A stretch of DNA of 64,000 nt, taken from an uncultured Holophagales bacterium. GTDB lineage: Bacteria; Acidobacteriota; Thermoanaerobaculia; Multivoradales; UBA5704. The first letter of the stretch is position 1, and the number at the start of each line of letters is the position of its first letter. The notes below the pieces were generated by a model. That model saw nothing but the letters and a program-made list of their open reading frames with translations, had not been told where the DNA came from and searched no databases. The stretch covers positions 64,001 through 128,000 of the forward strand of contig CAWJGT010000019.1 of the NCBI GenBank assembly GCA_963842525.1, read 5' to 3'. Positions 20,104 to 29,300 of this stretch are shown piece by piece. A program made the translations under genes and the position numbers.

Positions 20104-20996
20104 AGACCTGGATCATCGTCAATCCCAACGCCGGGAGTGTCGACGAGCAGGCCGCGCTCGAAGAGACCCTGGGCCGGCTGCCGGAGACCGAGGTCCGCTG
20201 CACCGAGCGGGCGGGGCACGCCGAAGAGCTGGCTCGCGAGGCCGTCCGCGCAGGCGTGGAGCAGGTCGTGGCCGCCGGTGGGGACGGCACCCTCAACGAG
20301 GTGGTCAACGGCTTGTCCGAAGATTTCGGCCGCGCCCGCCTCGGCCTGCTGCCGCTGGGCACCGGCAACGACTTCGCGCGCTCGATCAAGGTGCCGGACG
20401 ATCTGCAAGGCGCGCTCGCCATCCTCCAGGAGGGCCGCACTCGACGGCTGGACGTGGCGCGCGCCACGTTGCGCAGCCGGAGCCGCTGCTTCATCAACAT
20501 GTCCGCCGGGGGCTTCAGCGGTGTAGTCAGCGAAAAGGCGGGCGAAGCAAAAGATCGCTGGGGACCGCTCGCCTATATGCGGGCCGCCGTCGACGCCCTG
20601 CCGGAGCTGCGCACTTTCAAGGTCTCGATCCGGCTGAGCGGCGCCGAGGAGCTGGACCTCGAGACCTACAACCTGGTGATCTCGAACGGCCGCTTCGTGG
20701 CCGGCGGCATCCCGGTGGCCCCGCAGGCCGAGCTCGACGACGGCCTCCTCGACATCATGATCGTGCCGGCGACGACCGGCCCCAACCTGGCGCTCCTGGT
20801 CCCCCAGGTCCTGCTCGGAATGCACCTGGGCAGCGACCTCCTGGTCTTCCGCAAGGCCACGCGGATCGAGATCGAGTCCGACCCACCCATGGCCTTCAAC
20901 CTCGACGGCGAGCTCCTCGACGAGCAGCCCACCGCCTTCGAAGTTCAGCCCCGGGCGTTGGAGGTGGTGGTAGGACCCGAGGAAAAGGCATCCTGA
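20100..20996 (+). CDS. Diacylglycerol/lipid kinase (YegS/Rv2252/BmrU family)
   Basis: IVNPNAG, AGGDGTLNEVVNG, LPLGTGNDFARS, NGRFVAGG, NLDGE. Confidence 0.93.
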   Translation: MKTWIIVNPNAGSVDEQAALEETLGRLPETEVRCTERAGHAEELAREAVRAGVEQVVAAGGDGTLNEVVNGLSEDFGRARLGLLPLGTGNDFARSIKVPDDLQGALAILQEGRTRRLDVARATLRSRSRCFINMSAGGFSGVVSEKAGEAKDRWGPLAYMRAAVDALPELRTFKVSIRLSGAEELDLETYNLVISNGRFVAGGIPVAPQAELDDGLLDIMIVPATTGPNLALLVPQVLLGMHLGSDLLVFRKATRIEIESDPPMAFNLDGELLDEQPTAFEVQPRALEVVVGPEEKAS

Positions 20997-21046
20997 ACGG
21001 CCTCCACGCCCAGGCGATGTAAGCTCTGCGTGGAAGGAGATCCCCC

Positions 21047-21580
21047 ATGGTCGAGGTCGAGCCCGTCTCCGCACCTTTGGCGTCCCCGGAGCGCCCCGCG
21101 GCCCTCCAGCGCCGCCGGCAGATGCTCAACCCCTGGCTGATGCGCGGGTTCTTTCTCGCCAAGCTGCCGCTGGCCCTCATCGCCGGCCTGCGGGTGCGCG
21201 CGCTCGACGCCGAGCGCTGCGTGGTCACCGTCCCCTACGGCTGGCGCACGACGAACCCGTTCCGCTCCACCTACTTTGCGGCCCTCAGTATGGCCGCCGA
21301 GCTGTCGACCGGAGCGCTCGCCGCAGTGGCCGCCGAGAGCGTTCCCCGCTCGGTCGCCCTGCTCATCACCGGCCTGACCGCGAGCTTCGAGAAGAAGGCA
21401 ACGGGCCTCACGACCTTTACCTGCGAGGGTGGGCGCAAGCTGGCCGTCGCGGTCGCCCGCACGGTCGAGACCGGCGAGCCCGCCGCGGTCGAGGTCGAGA
21501 CGGTCGGCACGTCGCCGGACGGCACGGTCGTCGCCCGCTTCACCTTCACCTGGTCGTTCAAGGCACGGAGCGGGAAGTAG
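21047..21580 (+). CDS. Hotdog-fold thioesterase-like protein (DUF4442-like)
   Basis: KLPLA...TNPFRSTYFAALSMAAELSTG...FEKKATG...FTFTWSFK. Confidence 0.75.
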   Translation: MVEVEPVSAPLASPERPAALQRRRQMLNPWLMRGFFLAKLPLALIAGLRVRALDAERCVVTVPYGWRTTNPFRSTYFAALSMAAELSTGALAAVAAESVPRSVALLITGLTASFEKKATGLTTFTCEGGRKLAVAVARTVETGEPAAVEVETVGTSPDGTVVARFTFTWSFKARSGK

Positions 21581-21659
21581 CGCGGCCTGGAAACCTCACC
21601 TGCCGGCCTCCGTATACCTTCCAGCAGATTCCCCTGCTCGAGAAGTGAAAGGAGATGGC

Positions 21660-21977
21660 ATGAGATCCATGAGGTTGATGTCGATCCTGGCGATGCTCGT
21701 CCTGGTTGTCCTGGCCGCCGCGCCAAGGGAATCCGAGGCCGCCTGCGCCTGCCTCTTCGGCGGCATCTCGCCGATCTATTGGGGGAGCGGCGCGAACTGC
21801 TCCCAGGCCACCTCGGCCGCTGCGAACCCTGGGTACGACGACGCAGACGCGGGCTGCGCGCCGGATTCGGTCTGCCTGGCGACCTTCATTGTGCACACTG
21901 CCTGTTACTTTGATGCGGCAGAGGGTGTCTACAAGGTCAGCGGCAAGGTCCGCTACCGCTGCGAAATCTGCGCCTGA
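21660..21977 (+). CDS. Small secreted Cys-rich protein
   Basis: RBS aaggaga; signal peptide; mature part has 8 Cys (CAC...C...C...C...C...CEIC). Confidence 0.75.
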   Translation: MRSMRLMSILAMLVLVVLAAAPRESEAACACLFGGISPIYWGSGANCSQATSAAANPGYDDADAGCAPDSVCLATFIVHTACYFDAAEGVYKVSGKVRYRCEICA

Positions 21978-22000
21978 TCGAACCTCTGTCAGACAGAACC

Positions 22001-22822
22001 GTGCGCATCGCCCTCGCTCAGCTTTCGGCCAGCCTCGACCGCGCCGCCAACCTCGCCCGCGCCCTCGATGCAATGGGCGAGGCCCGGCGGGCCGGGGCCG
22101 GCCTGATCGTCTTCCCCGAGGTGATCCTCGATCAATTCTTCCCCCAGGTCCCGGACGACCGCGAGGCCCTGAAGCTCGCCGAGCCGATCCCGGGCCCGAC
22201 GACCGACCGGATCGCCGAACGGGCCCGCGAGCTCGGCCTGGTCACTGTTTTCAACCTCTACGAGCTCGATCCCGAAGGACGGCGGTTCGACAGCTCGCCC
22301 GTCTTCGATGCAGATGGTCGCCTCCTCGGCGTGACCCGCATGGTCCACATCACGGATTACGAGGGGTTCCACGAGCAGTGCTACTACCATCCGGGCGACC
22401 GCGGCGTGCCGGTCTATGACACCCGGGCCGGGAAAGTCGGCGTGGCGATCTGCTACGACCGGCACTACCCGGAGGTCATGCGGGCGCTCGGGGTGGCCGG
22501 CGCCGAGCTGGTGGTGATCCCCCAGGCAGGAACGGTCGGCGAGTGGCCGGAGGGTCTCTACGAAGCCGAAGTCCGCACCGCCGCCTTCCAGAACGGCTAT
22601 TTCGCCGCTCTCGCCAACCGCGTCGGCATCGAGGGCGGGCTCCATTTCTCGGGAGAGTCTTTCGCCGTCGACCCGGAAGGCCGGGTCCTCGCCCGCGGCA
22701 AGAGCCTGGAGGAGGACCTCGTCCTCGCCGACCTCGACCTCGCGGCCTGTGCGACCTCCACCGCCCGCCGCCTCTTCTGGCAGAACCGGCGTCCCGAGCT
22801 CTATCGCGGGTGGCTGGGGTAA
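22001..22822 (+). CDS. Carbon-nitrogen hydrolase (N-carbamoylputrescine amidase-like)
   Basis: IVFPEV, ICYDRHYPE nucleophile motif, ANRVG, FSGESFAVDPEG, NRRPELY. Confidence 0.88.
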   Translation: MRIALAQLSASLDRAANLARALDAMGEARRAGAGLIVFPEVILDQFFPQVPDDREALKLAEPIPGPTTDRIAERARELGLVTVFNLYELDPEGRRFDSSPVFDADGRLLGVTRMVHITDYEGFHEQCYYHPGDRGVPVYDTRAGKVGVAICYDRHYPEVMRALGVAGAELVVIPQAGTVGEWPEGLYEAEVRTAAFQNGYFAALANRVGIEGGLHFSGESFAVDPEGRVLARGKSLEEDLVLADLDLAACATSTARRLFWQNRRPELYRGWLG

Positions 22823-22828
22823 GCGGGG

Positions 22829-22982
22829 ACCCTCACCCCCCTGGCCCCCCTCTCCCATCCGCACTCCCCGTCCCCCGGGAGAGGGGGGAACAGACAACGC
22901 CAAGAAAAAATTGAGCTATGGGCGGTCTTGCTCCCTCTCCCGATGGCTGGGAGTGCGGATGGGAGAGCCGGGGGTGAGGGCC
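22829..22982. repeat. REP-like inverted repeat element
   Basis: ccctcacccccctggccccctctcccatccgcactccc ... gggagtgcggatgggagagccgggggtgaggg between convergent genes. Confidence 0.8.
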
Positions 22983-22986
22983 CGCC

Positions 22987-23682
22987 CTACCACGTAATCT
23001 GCCGCCGGTCGCGGAAGAACTGGCCGGTGGGGCCGCCGTCCGGCAGGGTGGCGAGCCAGACGGCTGTGTCCGCCCCTTCCTGGACCGGCCGCGGCGCCCT
23101 GGGGCCTCCCATGGTCGTCTGGACCCAGCCGGGGCACATGGTGTTGACGAGGATGTTGGTGCCCCGCAGCTCGTCGGCGAGGATGCGGGTCAGCCCGTTC
23201 AGGGCCAGCTTGGAAATCCGGTAGGCCGAGTAGCCGCCGGCCATCTCGGACATGGCGCCCATGCCGCTCGACACATTGACGATGCGGCCGTAGCCCCTCT
23301 TTCGCAGGAGCGGGACGACCGCCTGGCTGAGCCGCCACACCCCGATCAGGTTGGTCTCCAGGGTCGCATGGACGATGTCCATGGGCACGTCGAGGCCGCC
23401 ATGGCCGCGGTCGAGGAAGACCCCGGCGTTGTTCACCAGCACGTCGACGCCACCGAACCGGTCCTCCAGGAACGAGGCCAGCCGGCCGGCCCCCTCCGGG
23501 TCGTTGACGTCGAGCAGAAAGGGGACCGCTTCGTCGTCGATCCGGGCGCAGGCCTCCCGCGCCTTGGCTTCGTCGCGCGCGGCCAGGACCACCTTCAGGC
23601 CCCGCGCCGCGAGCTGGCGGCCGATCTCGAACCCGATCCCCCGATTTCCTCCCGTGACTACAGCGATCCGCTGGCTGGACAT
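22987..23682 (-). CDS. SDR family oxidoreductase (carbonyl reductase-like)
   Basis: TGGNRGIG, LVNNAG, NVSS, YRISK, CPGWVQT. Confidence 0.93.
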   Translation of the reverse strand: MSSQRIAVVTGGNRGIGFEIGRQLAARGLKVVLAARDEAKAREACARIDDEAVPFLLDVNDPEGAGRLASFLEDRFGGVDVLVNNAGVFLDRGHGGLDVPMDIVHATLETNLIGVWRLSQAVVPLLRKRGYGRIVNVSSGMGAMSEMAGGYSAYRISKLALNGLTRILADELRGTNILVNTMCPGWVQTTMGGPRAPRPVQEGADTAVWLATLPDGGPTGQFFRDRRQITW

Positions 23683-23765
23683 GTCGGCTCCTCTGGTGAC
23701 CCGGCTGACTCTCCCCTATTCTAAAGGCAGCCGTGCAGTCCTCACCCCTCCCCAAGGAGATCGTG

Positions 23766-24689
23766 ATGAGAAGACGTCGGATCGCTGTCTGGACCGTCCT
23801 GGCGCTCTGCCTGCCCGCCCTGCCCGCCCGCGGCTGGGACGAGACGGGTCATAAGGTCATCGCCCGGATCGCCTGGGATTCCATGAAACCGGAGACCCGG
23901 GACAAGGCCGTCAAGCTGCTCAAGGCGGCTCCCGCAGACTCCGACCTGGCGAGCGAGAACGGGCAGCCGCTGGCGCTCAGCGACCGGGACCTCTTCCTCC
24001 GCGCCGCCATCTGGCCGGACATCGTGCGCGACCGGGCCTTCCCCCAACGCCAGGAGCAGTACCACCACAGCAAGTGGCACTACATCAACTATTTCTGGGA
24101 GCAGCCGCCGGGCTCGCCGCCGCGCAACCGGACCGACCTGCACCCCGAGACCGAGAACGCCGTCGAGCGGCTCGGACACTTCGAAGGCTCTCTGGCCGAC
24201 GAGAGCCGCCCCGACGCCGAGCGAGGGATCGACCTCGCCTGGGTGCTCCACCTCGTGGGCGACATCCACCAGCCGCTCCACTCCAGCGCCCGCGTCACCC
24301 CGGAGACCCCGCAGGGGGACCAGGGGGGCAACCTCTTCAAGCTGACGGCCGACGAGAGCCTCCACTGGTACTGGGACCAGCTCCTGAACCGGATCTACAT
24401 CCGGCGCCCTGGAGAGGACTACATCGAAAAGATCGCCCGCATCCTCGAAAGGCGCTACCCGGAAACCTCCCAGGAGCCCAGGCTTCACCCGAGCCAGTAC
24501 AAAGCCTGGGCCGAGGACGGTTACAAGACCAGCAAGGAGATGGTCTACGTGGGCGTCCAGCCCGGCCGCATGCCCTCCACGTCCTACCGCCACAAGGCTT
24601 GGCGGACCGTCAAGCCTCGGGTCGCCCTGGCCGGCTATCGGCTGGCCGACTTCCTGGACCGCGCACTGGCGACCGGGGGCGGCTCCTAG
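23766..24689 (+). CDS. Secreted S1/P1 nuclease
   Basis: Signal peptide then WDETGHKVIA; WPD; WHYIN; HLVGDIHQPLH; DQGGN; LHWYWD; AGYRLA. Confidence 0.93.
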   Translation: MRRRRIAVWTVLALCLPALPARGWDETGHKVIARIAWDSMKPETRDKAVKLLKAAPADSDLASENGQPLALSDRDLFLRAAIWPDIVRDRAFPQRQEQYHHSKWHYINYFWEQPPGSPPRNRTDLHPETENAVERLGHFEGSLADESRPDAERGIDLAWVLHLVGDIHQPLHSSARVTPETPQGDQGGNLFKLTADESLHWYWDQLLNRIYIRRPGEDYIEKIARILERRYPETSQEPRLHPSQYKAWAEDGYKTSKEMVYVGVQPGRMPSTSYRHKAWRTVKPRVALAGYRLADFLDRALATGGGS

Positions 24690-24877
24690 CCCTGCTGCCC
24701 TGCAGCATGCAGGTCCGCCAACGCGACCCGCAGGTCCAACAGCAGGCGCCGCAGGTCGCTGGCCCGCTCCGCGGAGCAGCTCGTCCGCGCGGAGCGGCCG
24801 GCCCATTGTCCCGAGCGGAAAGGTCCCGAGGGCCAGGGGGTTGGGACAAAAAAGGGGGAGAGCCATCCGTAGCGCAC
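24686..24877 (-). CDS. Small hypothetical protein or gene remnant
   Basis: Strong RBS AAGGAGG shortly upstream of GTG; 63 aa; lies downstream of the tandem-site motif at 24941-24985. Confidence 0.35.
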   Translation of the reverse strand: MRYGWLSPFFVPTPWPSGPFRSGQWAGRSARTSCSAERASDLRRLLLDLRVALADLHAAGQQG

Positions 24878-24940
24878 GAACGGCCCTCCTTGTGGAGGGA
24901 ATTACACAGCCGAAGCTATCCCGTGGGCGGGGATACGGGC

Positions 24941-24985
24941 AGGAGGAAAGTCCCTCAGTCGGGGTGGGGGAAAACCCTCAGGGCA
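24941..24985. promoter_or_regulatory. Tandem GGR-N4-CCCTCAG sites (copy 1 of a 45-bp repeat)
   Basis: aggaggaaagtccctcagtcggggtgggggaaaaccctcagggca; 39/45 identical to 31910-31954 by hand alignment. Confidence 0.6.
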
Positions 24986-25631
24986 GGAGCCCCCGCCGGG
25001 CCGCGTAGCGCACCAGCTCGGCAGTGTTGTGCACGTCCAGCTTTTCCATGAGGCGGTAGCGGTGGTTGTCCGCGGTCTTGACGCTGATGCCGAGGACACG
25101 GGCGATCTCCTTGGTCGTCTTGCCGTCGACCACGAGGTGGAAGACCTCGCGCTCGCGCGGAGAGAGGGCGCCGTAGGGATCGTCCAGGGTGCGCTCCGGA
25201 TGGTGGTACTGCTCGGCGAGGGCGCGCGCCGCCTGCGGGCCGAAATAGCCCTGGCCGGCGTGGAGCGCGCGGACGGCGGCCAGCAGCTCGGCCACGGCGC
25301 TGTCCTTGATCAGATAGCCGGCGGCGCCGACCCGTACCAGGGGGAGCACGTACTCCTCTTCCTCGTGGACGGTGAGGACGAGGACGCGGGTCTGCGGTAA
25401 GGCCTCATGGATGCGCCGGACCACCTCCAGGCCCGACAGGCGGGGCATGGAGAGGTCGAGGATGGCCACCTCCGGATGCGTGGCCAGCGCCTTTTCGACG
25501 GCCTCGAGCCCGTCCGCGGCCTCGGCCACCACCTCGCACTCGCCGCTCTCGACGAGAAGGCTGACGATCCCCTGGCGCACGATGGTGTGATCATCCGCGA
25601 CCAGCACGCGCACGCGTCCCGCCTGTCCCAT
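24978..25631 (-). CDS. NarL/FixJ family response regulator (REC + LuxR HTH)
   Basis: VLVADDHTIVRQG, DLSMPRLSG, GYLIKD, LSPREREV...KEIARVLGISVKT. Confidence 0.95.
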   Translation of the reverse strand: MGQAGRVRVLVADDHTIVRQGIVSLLVESGECEVVAEAADGLEAVEKALATHPEVAILDLSMPRLSGLEVVRRIHEALPQTRVLVLTVHEEEEYVLPLVRVGAAGYLIKDSAVAELLAAVRALHAGQGYFGPQAARALAEQYHHPERTLDDPYGALSPREREVFHLVVDGKTTKEIARVLGISVKTADNHRYRLMEKLDVHNTAELVRYAARRGLLP

Positions 25632-26380
25632 CAGGGCACCTCCAGAAGGGGAATCGCGGCCGAGACGAGCGTCCCCTGGCCCGCGGCCGAGACGATCTCG
25701 ATCCGGCCGCCGAAGAGCTCGAGCCGGTCGCGCATGCCGCGCAGGCCCGAGCCGGTCGACGCCTCGCCCCCCGCCAGAGCGGCCTGGGAATTGAACCCCC
25801 GCCCGGCATCGGAGATCCGCAGCACGAGGAGCCCCGCGGAGCGCGAGACGGCCACCCGGGCAAGGTCGACGCCGGCATGGCGCAGCACGTTCGTCAGCGC
25901 CTCCTGGGCGATGCGGAAGACCAGCGTCTCGAGCTCCGGGTCGAAGCGCTCCTCGATGCCCGTGAGGCTCAGCTCGACGCGCAGGCCGGCGCGCTGCTCC
26001 AAGGTGCGGGCGAGCCAGGAGAGCGCGGCCCTCAAACCCAGGTCGTCGAGGACGGGTGGGCGGAGCAGGCGGGAGAGCTCGCGGGTCTCGTTGAGGGCCA
26101 GGCGCGCCATCTCGACCGAGTCGGCGAGGCGGGCGGAGAGGTCGCCCGCGTCGCGCTCGCCGAGCTTCTGCTGCACCCGTTCGAGCTGGTTGGTCAGCGC
26201 CGTCAAGGTCTGGCCGAGCCCGTCGTGCAGCTCGCGGGCGAGCCGGCGCCGCTCGTCCTCCTGGACCTTCCACACCGCCTTGGCGAGGCCGCGGTAGCGG
26301 CGCTCGCCCTCGATCAGCCGCTGGAAGAGCCTTTCGTTCTCCTGCGTGATCTGGCGCACGCGGTCGACGATGTCGTGCAT
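25631..26380 (-). CDS. Cytoplasmic HisKA_3 histidine kinase without a sensor domain
   Basis: ERRRLARELHDGLGQTL, EALTNVLRHA, DAGRGF, GSGLRGMRDR; N-terminus is only a short coiled coil; start uncertain. Confidence 0.9.
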   Translation of the reverse strand: MHDIVDRVRQITQENERLFQRLIEGERRYRGLAKAVWKVQEDERRRLARELHDGLGQTLTALTNQLERVQQKLGERDAGDLSARLADSVEMARLALNETRELSRLLRPPVLDDLGLRAALSWLARTLEQRAGLRVELSLTGIEERFDPELETLVFRIAQEALTNVLRHAGVDLARVAVSRSAGLLVLRISDAGRGFNSQAALAGGEASTGSGLRGMRDRLELFGGRIEIVSAAGQGTLVSAAIPLLEVP

Positions 26381-26393
26381 CGGGTCCTGGGAG

Positions 26394-29300
26394 CTAGCCG
26401 GTGCCGCGCCGTCCGGATCGTCCGGTTTCTGCTGCGCCCGGCCGGCCGCTTTCGTTCCGGTCCACAAGGTCTCGTACCTCCGCGATGCGTTGGAAGGACT
26501 TCTGTTGCTCGGGCGCAAGCTCCCGGCTCACCCGGGCGATCTCAGCGGCAGCCCGGCCGCGCTCAGCCGCCGCCTCGGACTGCCGCCCTGAGCTCTCGAA
26601 GGCACGTGCCAACAGCAGGTGCAGGCGGTAGGCCCCGAAGTATCCGCCACAGGAGGCCGCCTCGTCGAGACCCTCCCGCGCCGCTCTCCGCGCCTGCTCG
26701 ATGTCTCCCGCGGCGAGCGCCGCCTGCGCCAAGGCCTCCGCGGCGCGCAGCCGCAAGCGGGCATGGCCCAGCCCTTCGGCCTGGGCGTGGAGGCGATCGA
26801 TCTCCGCGCGGGCCGTGCGCGTCTGGCCGCCGGCAAGCTCCGCCTGGGCGGCGGAGAGCTGGGCGTCCAGGAACGCGACCACGCTGCCGCTCTTCTCGGC
26901 GTGGGCCACGGCGCGATGCAGCGCCGCCCGCGCCGCGGCGGGCTCCCCCTTCTGCCGGTGCCACTCGCCCTGGAGCCTCGCCAGCTCCGCCTGCTGCTCG
27001 AGGTTCTTGCCTTCCGCGAGCAGAGCCGCGGCCGCGCTCAGATGCTCGCCGGCGGCCTTCTCGATCCCCAGCTCGATCTCCACCTCGGCCTGGGCGAGAG
27101 TGAACTCGGCAAGCCCACGGCGGTCGTCCAGCTCGCGCAGCACGGCCAGGGCCTCGGCGAACGAGGCGAGCGCTGCGGCGGGGCGCCCCTGGTACTGCGC
27201 CAGCCTTCCAAGATGGCCGAGCGAGGAGCCGATCGCCTCCTTCAAGTCCAGCTCGCGGCTCGTCTCCAGCGCGGCGAGGAAGGACTTGCCGGCCGCGCCC
27301 CAGTCGCCGCGCGCCAGCTCGAGCAGGCCCAGGTTCTGCGTCGCCAGTGCCGCGCCGCCCGTGTCGCCGCTCTTTGCGGCGAGGTCGAGCCCCTGGCGCC
27401 AGTAGACCAGGGCGTCGTCGTAGCGCCCGAGCTGGTAGCAGGCGTAGCCGACGTTGCTGGAGCTCTGGGCGAGGAGGAGGTGGTTGCCGAGGTCACGGCG
27501 GATGCGCAGGGCCCGCTGATAGTGGCCAAGGGCCTCCTCATAGGCGCCGCGGTCCTCGGCCAGGTAGCCGAAGTCGTTGTAGAGATCGGCGATGCCGGGA
27601 GCGTCGCCCAGGCGCTGGAGCAGCGCCAGCGCCTCCTCGAGCTGCCGCTGGGCCTTGTCATACTCGCCGCGGACGAGATGAATGCTCGCCAGATTGCGCA
27701 CCGTCGTGGCATAGCCGCGGTCGTCGCCGATGCGCCGGTGGATGGCCGCCGCCTGCGCATAGCTCTCCCACGCCCGGTCCAGCTCGCCGAGCTCGCGGTA
27801 CGCCACGCCGAAGGCGTTGTGCGCTTCGGCCCGCCCTGCGTCGTTGCCGAGCTGGTTCTGCACGACGAGGGCGTGCACCAGGTAGTCGTCGATGGCCCGG
27901 CGTGCGCTGCCGGCTTGGATCGAGTATTTCGCCAGGAGGAACCAGGCGCGCGGGTGGTGGGGCGCCAGCCGCACCACCTCCTCGAGGGCCGGGATGGCGC
28001 GATCGAGGCTCCCCTGCTCACCATAGGCCTCCGCCAGCTCCACCCGGGCCTCGACGTCCTCGGGATAGCGCTCGACGAGGCGGGCGAGGATCTCCTCCGC
28101 CTTCCCGGGGTGCCCGAAGAGCCGCGCCTCGACCGCCCGCGCCTCATAGGCGCTCCGGCTCTCCCCCTTCCCCAGGGTCTCCACCGCCCGTCGCGCCGCC
28201 TCCCGGGCTGTATCGCGCCGGCCGAGCGCGTCGCGGGCGCGGGCGAGCCCCACCCAGGCGGCGCTGTACTCCGGATCGCTCGCCACGGCCCGCTCCAGGG
28301 CCGCGACCGCCGCCAGATTGTCGCCGCGCCGCAGGCTCGCCGAGCCCGTCGCATAGGCGGACAGCGCCTCTGGCGACCGGCTGAGGGCCAGCTCCGGGCC
28401 GGCCGCCGACACCGCGAGCCATGTGCGCAGGCCCGTCCCGAGCCTGTCGACGAGACGGAAGGCCTCCCGCTCCTCGATCTCGACGGAGAGCGGCCGCGCC
28501 GGCATGCCCGGCCGGTCCACCTCGATCAGGGAGAGGTCGATGCGCAGCCGCCCCCCGGCGGCATGCACCCGGCCGGTGACGAGCCGGTCGGCATCGAGGA
28601 GCTCGGCCAGGCGTCGCGCCTCCGCGTTGGACCGGGGACCCGGCGGCAGCTTCAGGCTCTCCAGCGTGCGGAACACCTGCTGGCCGTCCAGCACCCGTAG
28701 CCCGCGTTGCTCGGCCAGGGAGGCGGCGAGCATCTCCGGAATGCCCGAGGCGACCCAGGCGAGGTCCTCCCGGCCGCTCTCGTTCGCGAGGGGGAGCAGC
28801 GCCACGGAGTGGGCCGGAGCGGCGGCCGCCGGCTTTTCGGTGGAAGCCTGGTGCGCGAGTTGGACGCGCTCGCGGACAGCCCAGCCACCCAGGAGGACGA
28901 CGACCACCAGGAGGAGGCCGCCGGCGGCCAGCGCGGCACGCCGGCCCACGGGGAACCGGAGAGATCGGACGCCGTGCAGGTTCTCGAGGTCCTCCAGCAC
29001 CTCCCGCGCGCTCTGGTAACGCCGCGTCGGGTCGGGCTGGAGCAGCCACCGAACGACCGTGTCCAGCGGCCGCGACACCTCGACCCCGGCGGTGTGCAGG
29101 TTCTGTGTGGAGCCGGTCAGCCGTTGCGCGAGCGTCTCCGCCTCGGAACCGCCGGCGAAAGGCAGCCGGCCGGACAGCATTTCGTAGAGGAGGATTCCCA
29201 GCGCGTAGAGGTCGGACCGCCCATCCACCATGGTGCCGCGGACCTGCTCCGGCGAAAGGTAGTCGAGCGTGCCCACGACGACGCCGGGCAGGGTCAGGCC

